From Eledone cirrhosa (lineage: Eukaryota), in contig OZ024742.1 of NCBI GenBank assembly GCA_964016885.1, positions 181,102,001-181,166,000 of the forward strand: a stretch of 64,000 nt of DNA, in the 5' to 3' direction. The position numbers and the translations under genes are program-made. Below are positions 23,790 through 37,134 of this stretch, piece after piece; position 1 is the stretch's first letter, and every line of letters starts with the position of its first letter. The notes beneath the pieces were generated by a model, which did not search any database, was not told the DNA's origin, and worked only from the letters and a program-made list of their open reading frames with translations.

Positions 23790-25620
23790 TATACCACAAT
23801 CTTGTCTACAGCACCATCACACCCTCCCACCTACCACACAACTAAATCTACCAGTATACCACCATCTTGTCTACAGCACCATCAAACATCCCACCTACCA
23901 CACAACTAAATCTACCAGTATACCACCATCTTGTCTACAGCACCATCAAACCCACCCACCTACCACAGAACCAAATCTACCAGTATACCACCATCTTGTC
24001 TACAGCACCATCAAACCCACCCACCTACCACAGAACCAAATCTACCAGTATACCACCATTGTGTCTACCACACCATCAAACCATCCCACCTACCACACAA
24101 CCAAATCTACCAGTATACCACCATCTTGTCTACAGCACCATCAAACCATCCCACCTACCACACAACCAAATCTACCAGTATACCACCATCTTGTCTACAG
24201 CACCATCAAACCATCCCACCTACCACACAACCTAATCTACCAGTATACCACCATCTTGTCTATAGCACCATCAAACCCACCCACCTACCACACAACCAAA
24301 TCTAGCAGTATACCACCATCAAACCATCCCACCTACCACACAACCAAATCTACCAGTATACCACCATCTTGTCTACAGCACCATCAAACCATCCCACCTA
24401 CCACACAACCAAATCTACCAGTATACCACCATCTTGTCTACCACACCATCAAACCATCCCACCTACCACACAACCAAATCTACCAGTATACCACCATCTT
24501 GTCTACAGCACCATCAAATCCTCCCACCTACCACACAACCAAATCTACCAGTATACCACCATCTTGTCTACAGCACCATCAAACCATCCCACCTACCACA
24601 CAACCAAATCTACCAGTATACCACCATCTTGTCTACAGCACCATCAAATCCTCCCACCTACCACACCACCAAATCTACCAGTATACCACCATCTTGTCTA
24701 GAGCACCATCAAACCATCCCACCTACCACACAACCAAATATACCAGTATACCACCATCTTGTCTAAAGCACCATCAAACCATCCCACCTACCACACAACC
24801 AAATCTACCAGTATACCACCATCTTGTCTACAGCACCATCAAACCATCCCACCTACCACACAACCAAATCTACCAGTATACCACCATCTTGTCTACAGCA
24901 CCATCAAACCCACCCACCTACCACACAACCAAATCTACCAGTATACCACCATCTTGTCTACAGCACCATCAAATCCTCCCACCTACCACACAACCAAATC
25001 TACCAGTATACCACCATCTTGTCTACAGCACCATCAAATCCTCCCACCTACCACACAACCAAATCTACCAGTATACCACCATCTTGTCTACAGCACCATC
25101 AAACCCACCCACCTACCACACAACCAAATCTACCAGTATACCACCATCTTGTCTACAGCACCATCAAACCATCCCACCTACCACACAACCAAATCTACCA
25201 GTATACCACCATCTTGTCTACAGCACCATCAAACCATCCCACCTACCACACAACCAAATCTACCAGTATACCACCATCTTGTCTACAGCACCATCAAACC
25301 ATCCCACCTACCACACAACCAAATCTACCAGTATACCACCATCTTGTCTACAGCATCATCAAACCATCCCACCTACCACACAACCAAATCTACCAGTATA
25401 CCACCATCTTGTCTACAGCACCATCAAACCCTCCCACCTACCACACAACCAAATCTACCAGTATACCACCATCTTGTCTACAGCACCATCAAACCATCCC
25501 ACCTACCACACAACCAAATCTACCAGTATACCACCATCAAACCATCCCACCTACCACACAACCAAATCTACCAGTATACCACCATCTTGTCTACAGCACC
25601 ATCAAACCCATCCCACCTAC
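23790..25620. repeat. 65-bp satellite array, right arm (reverse complement of left arm), about 28 units
   Basis: Unit agcaccatcaaaccatcccacctaccacacaaccaaatctaccagtataccaccatcttgtctac. Confidence 0.97.
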
Positions 25621-26389
25621 CACTATAAAAGTAGTGGGAAAATTGGGGTTACTTTAATAAAATTGATGAAACTGACAGAAATTGTAGAATTTTAGAAATA
25701 TAGAGGCAACTGAACTACATGCTACATTATCTAGTTTGTGATGATAGGTAGGGTGAGATATAGGTGGAGGTAGAAAAATATGGGTGAAGGGGGTGATATA
25801 AAGGCTGGGAGAGATAGATATGGAGGGAGATGGAGATATTTATGGAGGTAAGGATAGATAATTTGGTGGAGAGAGAATTGGATTTGGGTAGAAGTAAAAA
25901 GAGAGGTTATGGGGGAGGTAAGTGTAGGCAGAGATAATAGGTGGAGGGAGGACTAAATATGGATGGAGGTGGAGGGATACCTTATGGATAGAGGTGGAGG
26001 AAAAGATTGTGGATAGAAGTGGAGGTAGATATGGATGCAAGAATATGTATGGGTTGGGTGGAAAGACATAGATATAGTTAGAAGTAGAAACAAATTTGGT
26101 TGAGAAGTTCACATTGCAATTACGTGGTTCTGGGTTTCACATCATTTTGCAGAACCTCAGACAAATAACATATGTTTCTACAATAATCATATGTCAACCC
26201 AAGCATTATCAGAAAAATTGAGTAGAATCTATATTGAAACTCATTAAAGGGAATGTATTTGATGATTTTTCATTTCCTCTTCCATTGACTCCACCTATGT
26301 CAAAGGCCCTGAAATTGTCATAGACACTATCCTTCATATTCTGATCAATATTTAAAAAAAATTTTTTTTTTAAGTTCAAAGAACAAGAA

Positions 26390-26500
26390 GGATCCAGTCA
26401 AATCAATTGGAGATGGTTGCTTCTGACAGGACCCACTGGAAGGAGAGCTTGAGGACTATCCACATGACCCTTAAGGAATAAGCAGATGAACAACAACAGG
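26390..26500 (+). mobile_element. Expander/Rex3-like RTE 3' end fragment
   Basis: Homologous to 46190-46290 and to 34010-34170 (minus). Confidence 0.55.
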
Positions 26501-27040
26501 AGATATGCAGAAACATTGGATCATCCTACCATAAAAAAACTCCCTCGTAAAGGACTCCATTGATTACATGGGGCGCATTTTAATGGGGAAATGGTCTTGT
26601 ACACTTCTTCACGATGATTCAGAAAGGAATTGATAGTTTTTAAGAGCATTAAATGTTTAGGAAGGACAATTTATCTGCTTTTAATGACTCCAGTCTTGAT
26701 GTTCACCCTTTCCCCCAAATTTGACTTAACCTTTCATATGTCTACATTTAATCCCTCCACCTCACAAGCTATTGTGTCAGTCGATTAACCCTCTCATTCC
26801 AATATTTCTACCGAAAGACACTGATTATACCTTTTGAATGATTTTGAAAATATTTGCTTGTAATTTGCATTTGGGGGATGACAGTTGTGTAAAGATGCGG
26901 AAGAAAAGTACAAAAGATAATAAATTTGGTGAGATTTAGTAATATAACTTTCTCATTATTAAGCTGGGGGTTGGCTTATAATTTAACAAAGCTTCTTACA
27001 TAAAATTATGATGGAATATTTTAAGACATATATAAACACT

Positions 27041-27278
27041 TTAACTCTTTCATAACCTTATTTCTAACGCAATACATTCTGTTTCAATTAATTAATGAAA
27101 AATTTTGAGGGATTTACTAAAGTCAATAATTATTTCATTACTAAGATAAGTAACTTAACATAGGATTCCTATATTAAATTATTTTAGAAACTTTAAATTT
27201 ATATAGAAACCTTAAAATGTGTGATTTTTTGTCATGGAATCAGATGTGGTTTTGGCTAGGTTGGAATCAAGAGTGTAA
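27041..27278 (+). mobile_element. TTAA/piggyBac-like MITE (family M1)
   Basis: ttaactcttt ... aagagtgtaa; colinear with 46397-46628. Confidence 0.65.
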
Positions 27279-27698
27279 ATAGAATCTGCAACAATTTCAA
27301 GCAGTTTGATATCAAACGTGTGAAAAAAAGAAACATATCTCAGCCCACTTCTTTTCCACTCTCATAAACATAGCAATGCTGTAGCAATGAAAATATATGG
27401 TTCATCTAATTATCGTTGGAGCTGTATTTATGTTGTTTAGCATGAGTCACTATATCATTAAATATTCATCCTCCAATGTTTGGTCTGTCATGCTTGTTTT
27501 ATGGATATTAGCTAACTATACTCCCTAAAATCCCTAAATATTAATCACATCACCATCACCACCACCACCACAATCATCCCATCCAATCACATAACCAGAC
27601 CACCATTTTACTGCTCATTTATCTTGTATTTTCTTTCTAAAAATGCTTGCCATGTTGTGTGTATGTGTGTGTGCATGTATGTGTGTGTGTATGTGTGT

Positions 27699-29440
27699 CA
27701 TCATCATCATCACCGTTTTACGTCCGTTCTTCCACGCTAGCATGGGTTAGACGGGTTGTCCTGTTGTGGGCAGTGTCTGGTCGGCTGACCATGCCTTGCT
27801 CATACAGGAACTGATCTGGCTTGATTTCTACAGCTGGATGCCCTTCCTAACACCAACCTCATTTACAGTGAGTGCTGGGTGCTTTTTCGTGGCGCCTACA
27901 CGTCCACTTTACAGTGTGGGCTGGGTGCTTTTTTGCCGTGGCACCTCCACGGCCACCTTGCGGTGGAGGGGGGGGGGGCATATTGTTTATATGCTTCAGC
28001 ATGTACCCATGGGAGGTCGGGTACCCTGTATTACTGCGTGACGCCAGAAGTCACGGTCGTGTGTCATTGACTTTGAGAGGTGTAGTTGGGTAAGGTCGGC
28101 TTTTATCACCTCATCCCAAGTCATCTTGGGTCTCCCCACTCCGCGGTTTCCATCAACTTCTAGTGCTCTGCACCTTTTTATGCAGCTGTCATCCTTCATA
28201 CGCATCACATGTCCATACCAGCGTAACCGCCTCTCCTGCACGCAGCATTTGATTCCTCTTATGCTCAGTCTCTCTCTCAATTCCTTTATGCTTTGTCGTT
28301 CACGTATATTACTGTTACACATCCATCGGAGCATGCAGGCTTCGTTTCTCTCTAATCTACGTAAGTCTTCCACCTTCAGCGCCCAGGTCTCACTACCATG
28401 CAACATCGCTGTTCGGATACACGCATCATACAGTCTGCCTTTCATTCTGAGGGAGAAGCCTTTTGCAGCTAGCAGTGGTAGTAGTTCCCTAAACTTCTTC
28501 CATCCCGTTCTTACCCTAGTTATTGTACTTTCTGAGCACCCACCTCCGTTGCTAATTCGGTCACCTAGGTAGCAGAAGCTGTCTACTGTTTCTACAGGGC
28601 CCTCCCAGAGATTGGTGGTACTTGTTTCCTGTGGCTGTTTGCTTGCTGTTTCAGCACAGCTGCTGCATGTGAATCCTACATTCTTAATTAAGCTTCCTGA
28701 GATCCCGCTACATCTCTTGTGTACCCATTGTTTGCATTTGGGGCAGAGAATGGAGTTTCTACCTACACCTTTCCTACATACTGAGCAAGGCCATTTCCCT
28801 GAGGGGATCTGGGTTCTGTTTTCTCGTCTACTTACAAGGACCTTAGTCTTTGTCATGTTGACTTTGAGGCCCTTTCTCTCTAGTCCCTGCTTCCAGGTTT
28901 GGAATTTATTCTCTAGTTCTACCATAGATTCAGCTATGAGTGCGAGGTCATCAGCATACAGGAGTTCCCATGGGCATCCGGTCTTAAACTCCTCCGTTAT
29001 TGCCTGCAGGACTATGATGAACAGGAGAGGGCTAAGAACAGAGCCCTGGTGGACCCCAACCTGTACGCTAAATTCCTCGCTATACTCATTGCCAATCCTA
29101 ACTTTGCTGACTGCTCCCCTATACATGGCTTGTACCGCTTTCACAAGCCATTCATCTACTCCTAGTTTTCTAAGAGCCCACCAGATTACTGCACGTGGAA
29201 CTCTGTCAAAGGCTTTCTCAAGGTCGACAAATGCCAAGTAGAGTGGCTTACTTTTAGCTAGGTACTTTTCCTGTAATTGCCTCACAAGGAAGAGGGCATC
29301 AGTGGTGCCTTTCCCTGGTACAAACCCAAATTGCATCTCGTCTATATTCACCCGGTCCCTAATCAGCTGTGCTATAACTCTTTCTGTTACTTTCATGACC
29401 TGGTCCATCAACTTTATACCTCTATAGTTTCCTCTATCTG
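27699..29440 (-). mobile_element. 5'-truncated young RTE LINE (RT, PHD, thumb) with a SINE-like 3' UTR
   Basis: Uninterrupted ~480-aa ORF from DRGNYRGIKL through VDLEKAFD, HQGSVLSP, YADD, PHD, CYLGD and WYGHVMR. 3' UTR and (atg)n tail at 27699-27995. Confidence 0.96.
27996..29440 (-). CDS. RTE ORF2 fragment: reverse transcriptase with inserted PHD finger
   Basis: ORF 27996..29486; the first ~15 codons are microsatellite and are excluded. Confidence 0.9.
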
Positions 29441-29667
29441 TGTGTGTATATATATATATATATATACATATATTTATATTATACACTAAATGTAGTGCTA
29501 AAAAGACATGGGGTTATACTTAAAAATAAATAAAAATAAGAATCTGCGCTGATATGCACATATACAGCTTTCTTTGTAAGGTTTTCTAAAAGAGACCTGG
29601 TGTGTTTAAAGACCCACTGTATATATGTGTGTGTGTGTGTGTGTGCACATGGAGTGTCTGAAGCAGT

Positions 29668-29878
29668 TTAACCCTTTAGCATTTACATTATTCTATATTT
29701 ACAAGGCTTTATCTTACATAATTATCTCCCATAATATCGAATCTATGACATTTTTATGTTATTTATTTTGAGAACAATACCTTAATATAGGTATGAGGAG
29801 TCAGTTACAGCCAGTTTGAACAGAAAGAGGTGAGAGAGTTCATGCCAGATATGGCCACTTTAAATGCTAAAGAGTTAA
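29668..29878 (-). mobile_element. TTAA/piggyBac-like MITE (family M2)
   Basis: TIRs ttaaccctttagcattta ... taaatgctaaagagttaa. Confidence 0.8.
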
Positions 29879-29984
29879 ACCTGGCAGTAACAATCCCCTC
29901 TTTGCATCAGAACACAGCTGATTTCTCCAGAGGAGAGAATGAGTGAAATATAAAGCATGAGTCAACCCCAGTACTGAATTGGAA

Positions 29985-30292
29985 TTGCCGAGATTAGCTT
30001 TGCCTTTCATCCTTACGGGGTCGATAAAATAAAGTACCAGTAATACACTGGGTAATTGCTGGCTTTGTGCCAGAAGTAGAAACAATTATTATTAACCTTG
30101 GAAGTAGATTGGCAGTATCGGTAGAGGGTTGGACACTATGCTTTCCAGCATAGTTACATCCCTTTACGGTCTGAGTTCAAATCTCACCTGAGGTTAACTT
30201 TGCCTTTCATCCTTATGGGGTTGATAAAATATAATACCAGTAATGCACTGGGATAATTGCTGGCCTTGCCAAAAGTAGAAACAATTATTATT
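29985..30292 (+). mobile_element. Two tandem Nin/Deu-core SINE copies (first 5'-truncated)
   Basis: tttgcctttcatccttacggggtcgataaaat..aattgctggc..agtagaaacaattattattaacc occurs twice. Confidence 0.85.
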
Positions 30293-31214
30293 AACCTTGA
30301 AAGATTTAAAAGTAATGTTGACATCAGTAGGATTTGAACTCAGCATACCAGATAGAAATTTCTGTTCATCTTTATCCAATACCAGATAGGCCTATAGTTG
30401 TGAGGTTCCTCCAGAATGAGGTATTCTGTTTGTTGTTGTTTTTTTTTGTTTCTTTTGTTAGCAGGCTTATTTTTCATCACAGGCTTACTTGGCCTGTCAC
30501 AATTAATGTCACCAATGGCATCCAAGGAAAAGATGAAGGCTGATAGAACTTGGCACCAGCGGTGTCACAACTCATTTCTACAGCTGATTGAACTGGAGCA
30601 ATGTCAAATAAAGTGGCTTGCTCGAGGACAAAATGTATCACCCAGCTCAGGAGTCGAATTTACAATATCACTAAACCACATGCTTTCTTTAGATAGAATG
30701 CTTTGCAGTATTCATTCTGACTCTCTGCACTCTCTTACAACTGTCAATTTTCTCTCTACTAGCAGAAGAAATATATAATATTCAAATTTGTTTCATTGAA
30801 GAAGTTCTTTCACATCTGTGATGAATTGTTTAGTTTCGATGTAACTAGCATCTGCAAATCGGGGGTTGGATTAACGGGAAATGTAGATGATATCTGAGAT
30901 TGAGTATAAGCACTTACTTTATAACTAAATTGAGTTCAATGTTGGCATTGATTTCCTTTATGGGTTAGAGCTGATATTTCATGAACAGCTTTGGTTTGGT
31001 CTAGATGTATTTATGTTAAAGTTTGAGGTTTTATTTATGTATATGTATATCGTGCCTTGATACTGCATGAACTGAGATCTCTGTTAACAGGCCTCTGATA
31101 TACATACATAAATACACACACACACAGATACATACATAAGGGTTATGTTATTGGTTCACAGGAAACTAGAAACACAAACCTACCACATAGCTTTTATGAG
31201 GATCACCTGACTGA

Positions 31215-31525
31215 AGCGTTATGCCAAGAATATAAAAGGCTTGTAGAAATACCTTGACCTGGTTGGGATGTTCTTGTAGTGACCGACATTCCACGGGCTC
31301 ATATACATTCTCCGTGCGTTATTTGGCTCAGCCCAGCCAATGACTGCCAGCGGAGGAGAATGTATCTCTATGCGCCCTGAGGGAAAAATTCCCGCGTCAG
31401 CTAAAAAAATCTCTCTCTTGCAGCCTGACAGCGCTAAGGTAAACAACTGCTTTTCTTTCGCCGTGTAATCACTGGCCAATTTAACCATGGCCTGGCAACA
31501 CTTCAGCCAGTAGACCGTGCCTTCT
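31215..31525. other. CpG-rich, apparently non-repetitive block (candidate exon or cis-regulatory element)
   Basis: Open minus frame bounded by ttttcag and aag/gtattt. Also dense in CCAAT, TTCCCGCG, GTAAACA, TGACAG and CATTCC motifs. Confidence 0.3.
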
Positions 31526-32479
31526 GAAAATCTTAATTCGTTTGTTTTATTTCTCTTGGCATGCCAGCTCTATTCAGCTCAACCTTTGTTTATAAATAAT
31601 ATAAAACAAGCTAAAGTCGTTGTCGATATTCCTATCATAACTTTCTACCAAACTGTTTACTCATGGCGCTATAACTATTACATCACTACTTCTATAACTC
31701 TGCTAAACTGGTAATTATAATAGGACTACTACATCTATATAATACTGCTAAGATGGAGGAGTATATAAATATGAAATGCTCCTTTAAAATATATATATAC
31801 ATCAACCATTCTTCCTGTTAAATTCTCAAAAGATATAAGGATGATGTTTGGCCAGGATAAATATTCTTATATGATTGTAAAGTGAGGTAAAAACTACAAG
31901 CCAATTTAGTAGCATCTCCATTAATGGTCTGATTGTTTTAATAGGTATCTGATGAGGACTGCTTCAGATACTTTGGGTTAAATGAAAATATATACTATGA
32001 CATAATTTGCAACAAGGAATGACTAACCAGTGAATAAAACATTTGAATAAGAAAAATATGGTTTTCTGAACTCTCTGCACACAATAAATCTCTGACCGGC
32101 AATGTGTTTGTTGTGCCTATGCTATCATCAACATTTGGACAATTTGACTGGATGGCAGATGATATTTGAGCCATTGATGCTAAAACCCAAATAGCTTCAG
32201 GTGTTACATCATATCCCTCCGACAACATCTACAAACCACCAAGTGTAGAAGCCCATCTATAGAACAAGTCTGTCGACATCAGGCAGATAACATCATGAGA
32301 GTTGGAAAGGATCTCCTTGAGAAATATACCCTGTATGACAACAAAAAACTGATATACGAGGAAACTGCACAGAAATACTGCAATGAATCTATGGATGAAA
32401 AGTTACATGCTTATCAGCAAAAGGTTATGTGTGGCTATGTTGCCAGAAAGCTTAAAAGCAAAAGTGAGATGATAAGCAA

Positions 32480-32845
32480 AGTAGTCTCCAACTTGGCCGA
32501 GTTGACCTGGAGGCTGATTCCCACCAGGGCAGGAACCACCGATTGAAGGTCATGGCAGACAGTCTGTACGGGTCTGGCCAACATAGCATCATCCAGATAC
32601 CAAACGTTGAGAGGGGCCGTGATATTCCGGGCAATGTGGTCAATATCAAGGGCAAACAGGAGGGGGCCCAAAGGGTTGCCCTGCTGGACCCCAGTGGCTG
32701 AAGGCATGACCGTATCAGCAGCAAGGAGCATGCTTGGGGCTCCATACGACAGGTAGGCCAGCGGGTAGGCAGAGCGGGCTTGGCTGAGGCAAGTTAAGAG
32801 GATTGGTTGTGGCAACAACGCATGGGATCAACCTGGAGCAATTGT
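32480..32845 (-). mobile_element. CRE-clade non-LTR retrotransposon RT fragment
   Basis: SATGVQQGNPLGPLLFAL..LNVWYLDDAML..ISLQVNSAKLE matches CRE RT motifs (GVQQGDPLGP, WYLDD, GLxLNxxKCE). Confidence 0.8.
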
Positions 32846-33167
32846 ATCACACAATTATACATTCCTCCTTAACGTACACTTGCAATTTTTCAGAAACAAA
32901 CCTCCCAAAACTAAAATAAAAATAAATAATTATAAATGGCGAGGAACTGTCACTAGCTTCACAAGAAGATATAACACATGGCACCATCCCATCTCCCTCA
33001 TGAAATAACCTGAATTCATTTATAGACAGGTGTGACTGAAAGGTCAATCCATACTTCCATTCTAATTCACAGAATTAGAAGCTTTGACCACTTGATAGAA
33101 TCCAGGACCAGTAATGCAACCACTCTGTAGGAAATTTGCTTGCATCAGAAACCAATCCTCAGATGCC

Positions 33168-33212
<45 letters not shown>

Positions 33213-34009
33213 TTATCATCCTCTTTCCATAAAGACCTGCTACAGTATGGGATTTAAAAAAATTTCAGCAATGCAATGCTACTCTCACCGTTAGACATAC
33301 ACAGATCATTACCATCCCTTTTCCAGTGTGACTAACATTTTACATGAAATTATTAACAAATTTAATATGAACTATGCTGTTAGATGGAAAACAAAAGGAA
33401 AGAAAAACCACATTGAATGAATGATATAAAAATACTGTCAAAGTAAATAATACAAAAACAACACAAAATTTCAATTTTTTTAAATTGAAAATTCTAAAGA
33501 TTCAAATTAAAATTATAGTTTTCATCAAGTCTCAGTCATTAAAATTATTATTTTTTTTTTATCAATTCACACAATTTAATTCTGCTTTTAGTTTTGGTTA
33601 ATTAAAATATTTCATGTAGAATTTTTAGCAAAATATTTGATTGGTAATTGTGTTAAAACAGATATGGTTGCATTTTACTAGCAATGTAAACTTTTATAAA
33701 TTTTAGTAATTTTATAAATTTTATTTTAGTAATTAATATAAATTTTATAAATTTTATTTTAGTAATTAATAAATGCATGCCTTGTTAATTAGTTATTTAA
33801 TGCATGTCTCTGACATGTTGCTTAGGGTGTTGAGGGTGTTGAGGCATTGGTCAATTCCTGGACTGTGTGGTGTGTTTTTCATGACAGGACCGAGTCCTTA
33901 TCATTAAAATACTCAAGAAACCTATGAGATACAACCTTGTAGAAAGTCAGTAAATTTCAAAGTAAAATAAAATTCAATTAGTTATTTACATAGAATGAAT
34001 ATATAAACC

Positions 34010-34170
34010 TTCTTCTTTTCTTTGTCCCCTTATTCCTGAGGGGGGCGGGTCATGGAGGGGAGAGTCCTCAAACACTTCTTCCAGTGGGTCTTGTCAGAAA
34101 CAACTGTCTACAACTCATCCAGCTGGATCCCAAGTGTAACCAGCTAAGCTCATGGATGTTATGCAGCCAA
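34010..34170 (-). mobile_element. Expander/Rex3-like RTE 3' end
   Basis: Reverse complement matches 46160-46290, with a (gaa)n tail. Confidence 0.6.
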
Positions 34171-34502
34171 ATATATATTTATATATATAAACCAATGTTA
34201 CTAAATGATTAAGTGGCACAAATGGGTAATGGTTGTCTAAATAAATTCTAGTGGTTGTTGAGCTTTAGCCCTGATTAAAGGTGTCCCAGCAGTAGTTATC
34301 CAATCCTTTTCTATATTTAGGATTGCTGCAATGTCCAGTTTGACAACATGGGGTTTAGACCAGAGATTCCCAAACAGGTCAGTATTAACTTACTAGAAAT
34401 CAACAAGACTGCCTAGGGAATCAATAGGACTTTTGGACGAAAATCTGACATTTTTATAAGAAATAATAATACAATAAAATATAGCTGTCTTATATTTCTG
34501 GG

Positions 34503-34850
34503 TATCATCATCATCATCATTTCATTTTACGTCCGCTTTTTCCCTGCTTGCAAGGGTGGGACTGGAACTGATTCTGGCTTGATTTCTACAGCTGGATGCC
34601 CTTCCTAACACCAACCTCATTTACAGTGAGTGCTGGGTGCTTTTTTGCCATGGCACCTCCAAGACCACTTTGCAGTGGAATGGTAGGGACCCCAGTCTCT
34701 ATCATCTCATTTCTACAGCTGAGTGAACTGAAGCAATGTGAAATAAAGTGTCTTGCTCAAGGAAACAACACATCACCCGGTCTGAGAATTGAACTCACAA
34801 CCTTTTGATTGCAAGGCCAATGCTGTAACCACTAAGCCATGTGCCTCCAT
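34503..34850 (-). mobile_element. Mosaic tRNA/CORE-like/RTE SINE, full length
   Basis: Highly similar reverse complement of 62965-63303. Confidence 0.9.
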
Positions 34851-36074
34851 GTATCTAAATTATAATAAAGTAAGGAATGCGGGACTGCATACAGTTTATA
34901 ATTTTTTATCCTGTTTGTAAAATAAGTTGGATTACTTTGAATAAATAATGAATGAATATTACATAATTTATCTACTAAATTTCGTTATTCTTGATTAAAT
35001 ATAAATAATTTTGTTGTTTATTTTAAGATTCACTTCTTTAAATTTTCAAATGTCAACATTTCCGGTTAGCGACTGCTTAAATAAACATTCATATATTCCC
35101 GTCACTAATTTTCTCCTAATGCAGTTTATATATAATATCGTCTTTTTTTAATGTATCATGGATTACGTTACTGATTACATAAGACAGTGTAACGCAGTCT
35201 TCGTTCAATTTCTGTGTATATTGTCAATTACGGTTTTATTTGATGTATCATATCTACATGCATGTATACTTGCGTATAATATCAATATACACACCACACA
35301 TGCTAGCAGAAAATTACCCTAAGGGTGGTTTTTCTGCTAGTATATATAATGATAAGTAAAGGACCTCACACATTTTATTTACATATTTCACATAATAAAC
35401 AGAAAGGTGAAGAAAATTAAATGATAAAAAAGTGGGAAGGCAGGTAAAGACTATACATTCCTATCTAAATGGTATATCTCAGCTGCACCCTGCAGACAAG
35501 ATAGTAAAAGCATTGCTGTGAAGAACAGCCAGAATCACTTACTGCATTACCCACTCTATCTCATGAGGTTCCTTCCTTAGGTGAGATGAACTCCTCCCAA
35601 TTTTGCTCCAAAAGTCTTGTCAGTGACCAGAATGAAAAAGAAGCGAATAGTCAAGTCCCAGTATTTGTATATATCCTTCTTTCCTCAGGCTGATTAGTAG
35701 AATCGATAAAATGTCAAACAAAATCCTTTGTGGTGCTTATGATGATTGTGTTTCTTGTGATGGTGGTGGTTTGGGTGGTTTCAGTGGTTCTAATGATTGT
35801 AGTGGCTTTGATGGTTGTGGTGATTGTGGTGTTTGTGATATTTGTAGTAGTTGTAATGGTTGAGATAGTAGTTTCAAACATATTACTACATCCCTTCTTA
35901 TTAATAAAAAATCCTAGTTACACAGTGGATAGAAATAGATTCTAATAAATGTATTATTATTCATTGTCCATTGCCAGATAGTTCATGATTGTTTTCATAG
36001 TATGATAAAGGTTAATTGTTAAAAATGTCATGCCATGTATGATTGTGTATAATATGGTGAGACAGAACAAATAT

Positions 36075-36290
36075 TAGTAGATTGGTAAAATTGGTAAGAT
36101 GGGAGATAAAATGCCATTGCTGAATTTGTTCTGGTTCTTTATGTACTGAGTTCAAATCCTGCCAAAGCCCATTTTGCCTTTCATCCTTCTGTGGTCAATA
36201 AAATAGAATATCAGTCAAGTACCAGAATTGATTTAATAAAGTTTGCCCTTTCCCCCAAAATATGTGATGGCCTTCTGCCTCAATTAGAAA
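36075..36290 (+). mobile_element. Nin/Deu-core SINE
   Basis: gagttcaaatcctgcc..ttttgcctttcatccttctgtggtcaataaaata. Confidence 0.7.
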
Positions 36291-37134
36291 TGTTTAGAGA
36301 AAATAAAGTATAACAAAACTTAGTTATAAAGTAAATTATCTATATAAAGAGTGGTGTGCTCATGCATGGAGCTGCTATAAAATAGCTTAAAAAGAACCTT
36401 AATGACGGAAAAATAGGTTACATTGGCCACTATCTGGGCAATCTGGCAGATACAAGGTTTCTTTCTTCATAGCAGCCAATGGCAACATCTTTTTTCCATC
36501 TTTAAGGATCTTCACTTTATTTTATAAGCTATCTTATAGCATCTCCATGCATCATCACACCACTCTTTGTATTAACTTAACTTTATCCCCTCAGCTATAT
36601 CAAGCGTTAAACTTATATATCCCTTCCATATACTGTACCGATTGTGTTGTTATGTCTGTTTACCTTTTACATGCATACATATATATATATATATAAATAT
36701 AAGTATATATACGTACATATATATATGTATACAGACGTATATATATGTATACAGATGTATATATATATATATACATACTACTGTATGTATATATATATAC
36801 ATACATGCACACATAAATATATGTACGTATGGGTTTACCGAACATTTATTATAATGTTCGGTTTGTTTGTAAACAAACAGCCCAAATTAAGCCGTATAGT
36901 GTTCAGCAACCATCGGTGCCCTTTTGTTCAACACTGACAAAGGAACGATGAACTAGTTTCTAGCTTATTAGCTGTCATCAGCACCATATACATTCCTGTC
37001 AGTCGATTGAACGTTTGAAAGTATATACTTTCCTTATGCATATTAACGGCTGAGCAGCCTAATTTGCATATCGAGTGAGTTAGTCGGCCGGCCGTATCAA
37101 AAACGATAAATGGAAAAACTGAAATTTCATTTCT

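Noticed and set aside
20240-25695. Long His/Pro/Thr-rich ORFs, and a CRISPR-like look of the array
   Set aside because: The 65-bp unit is not a multiple of 3 and all frames cycle through the same peptide. There are no unique spacers or cas genes, and the context is eukaryotic.
31780-33140. Short ORFs 31995..32228, 32295..32546 and 32847..33047 as host exons
   Set aside because: They look like decayed transposon fragments (weak R4-like FSKDIRMMFG and EKLH) but are too degenerate to assign.
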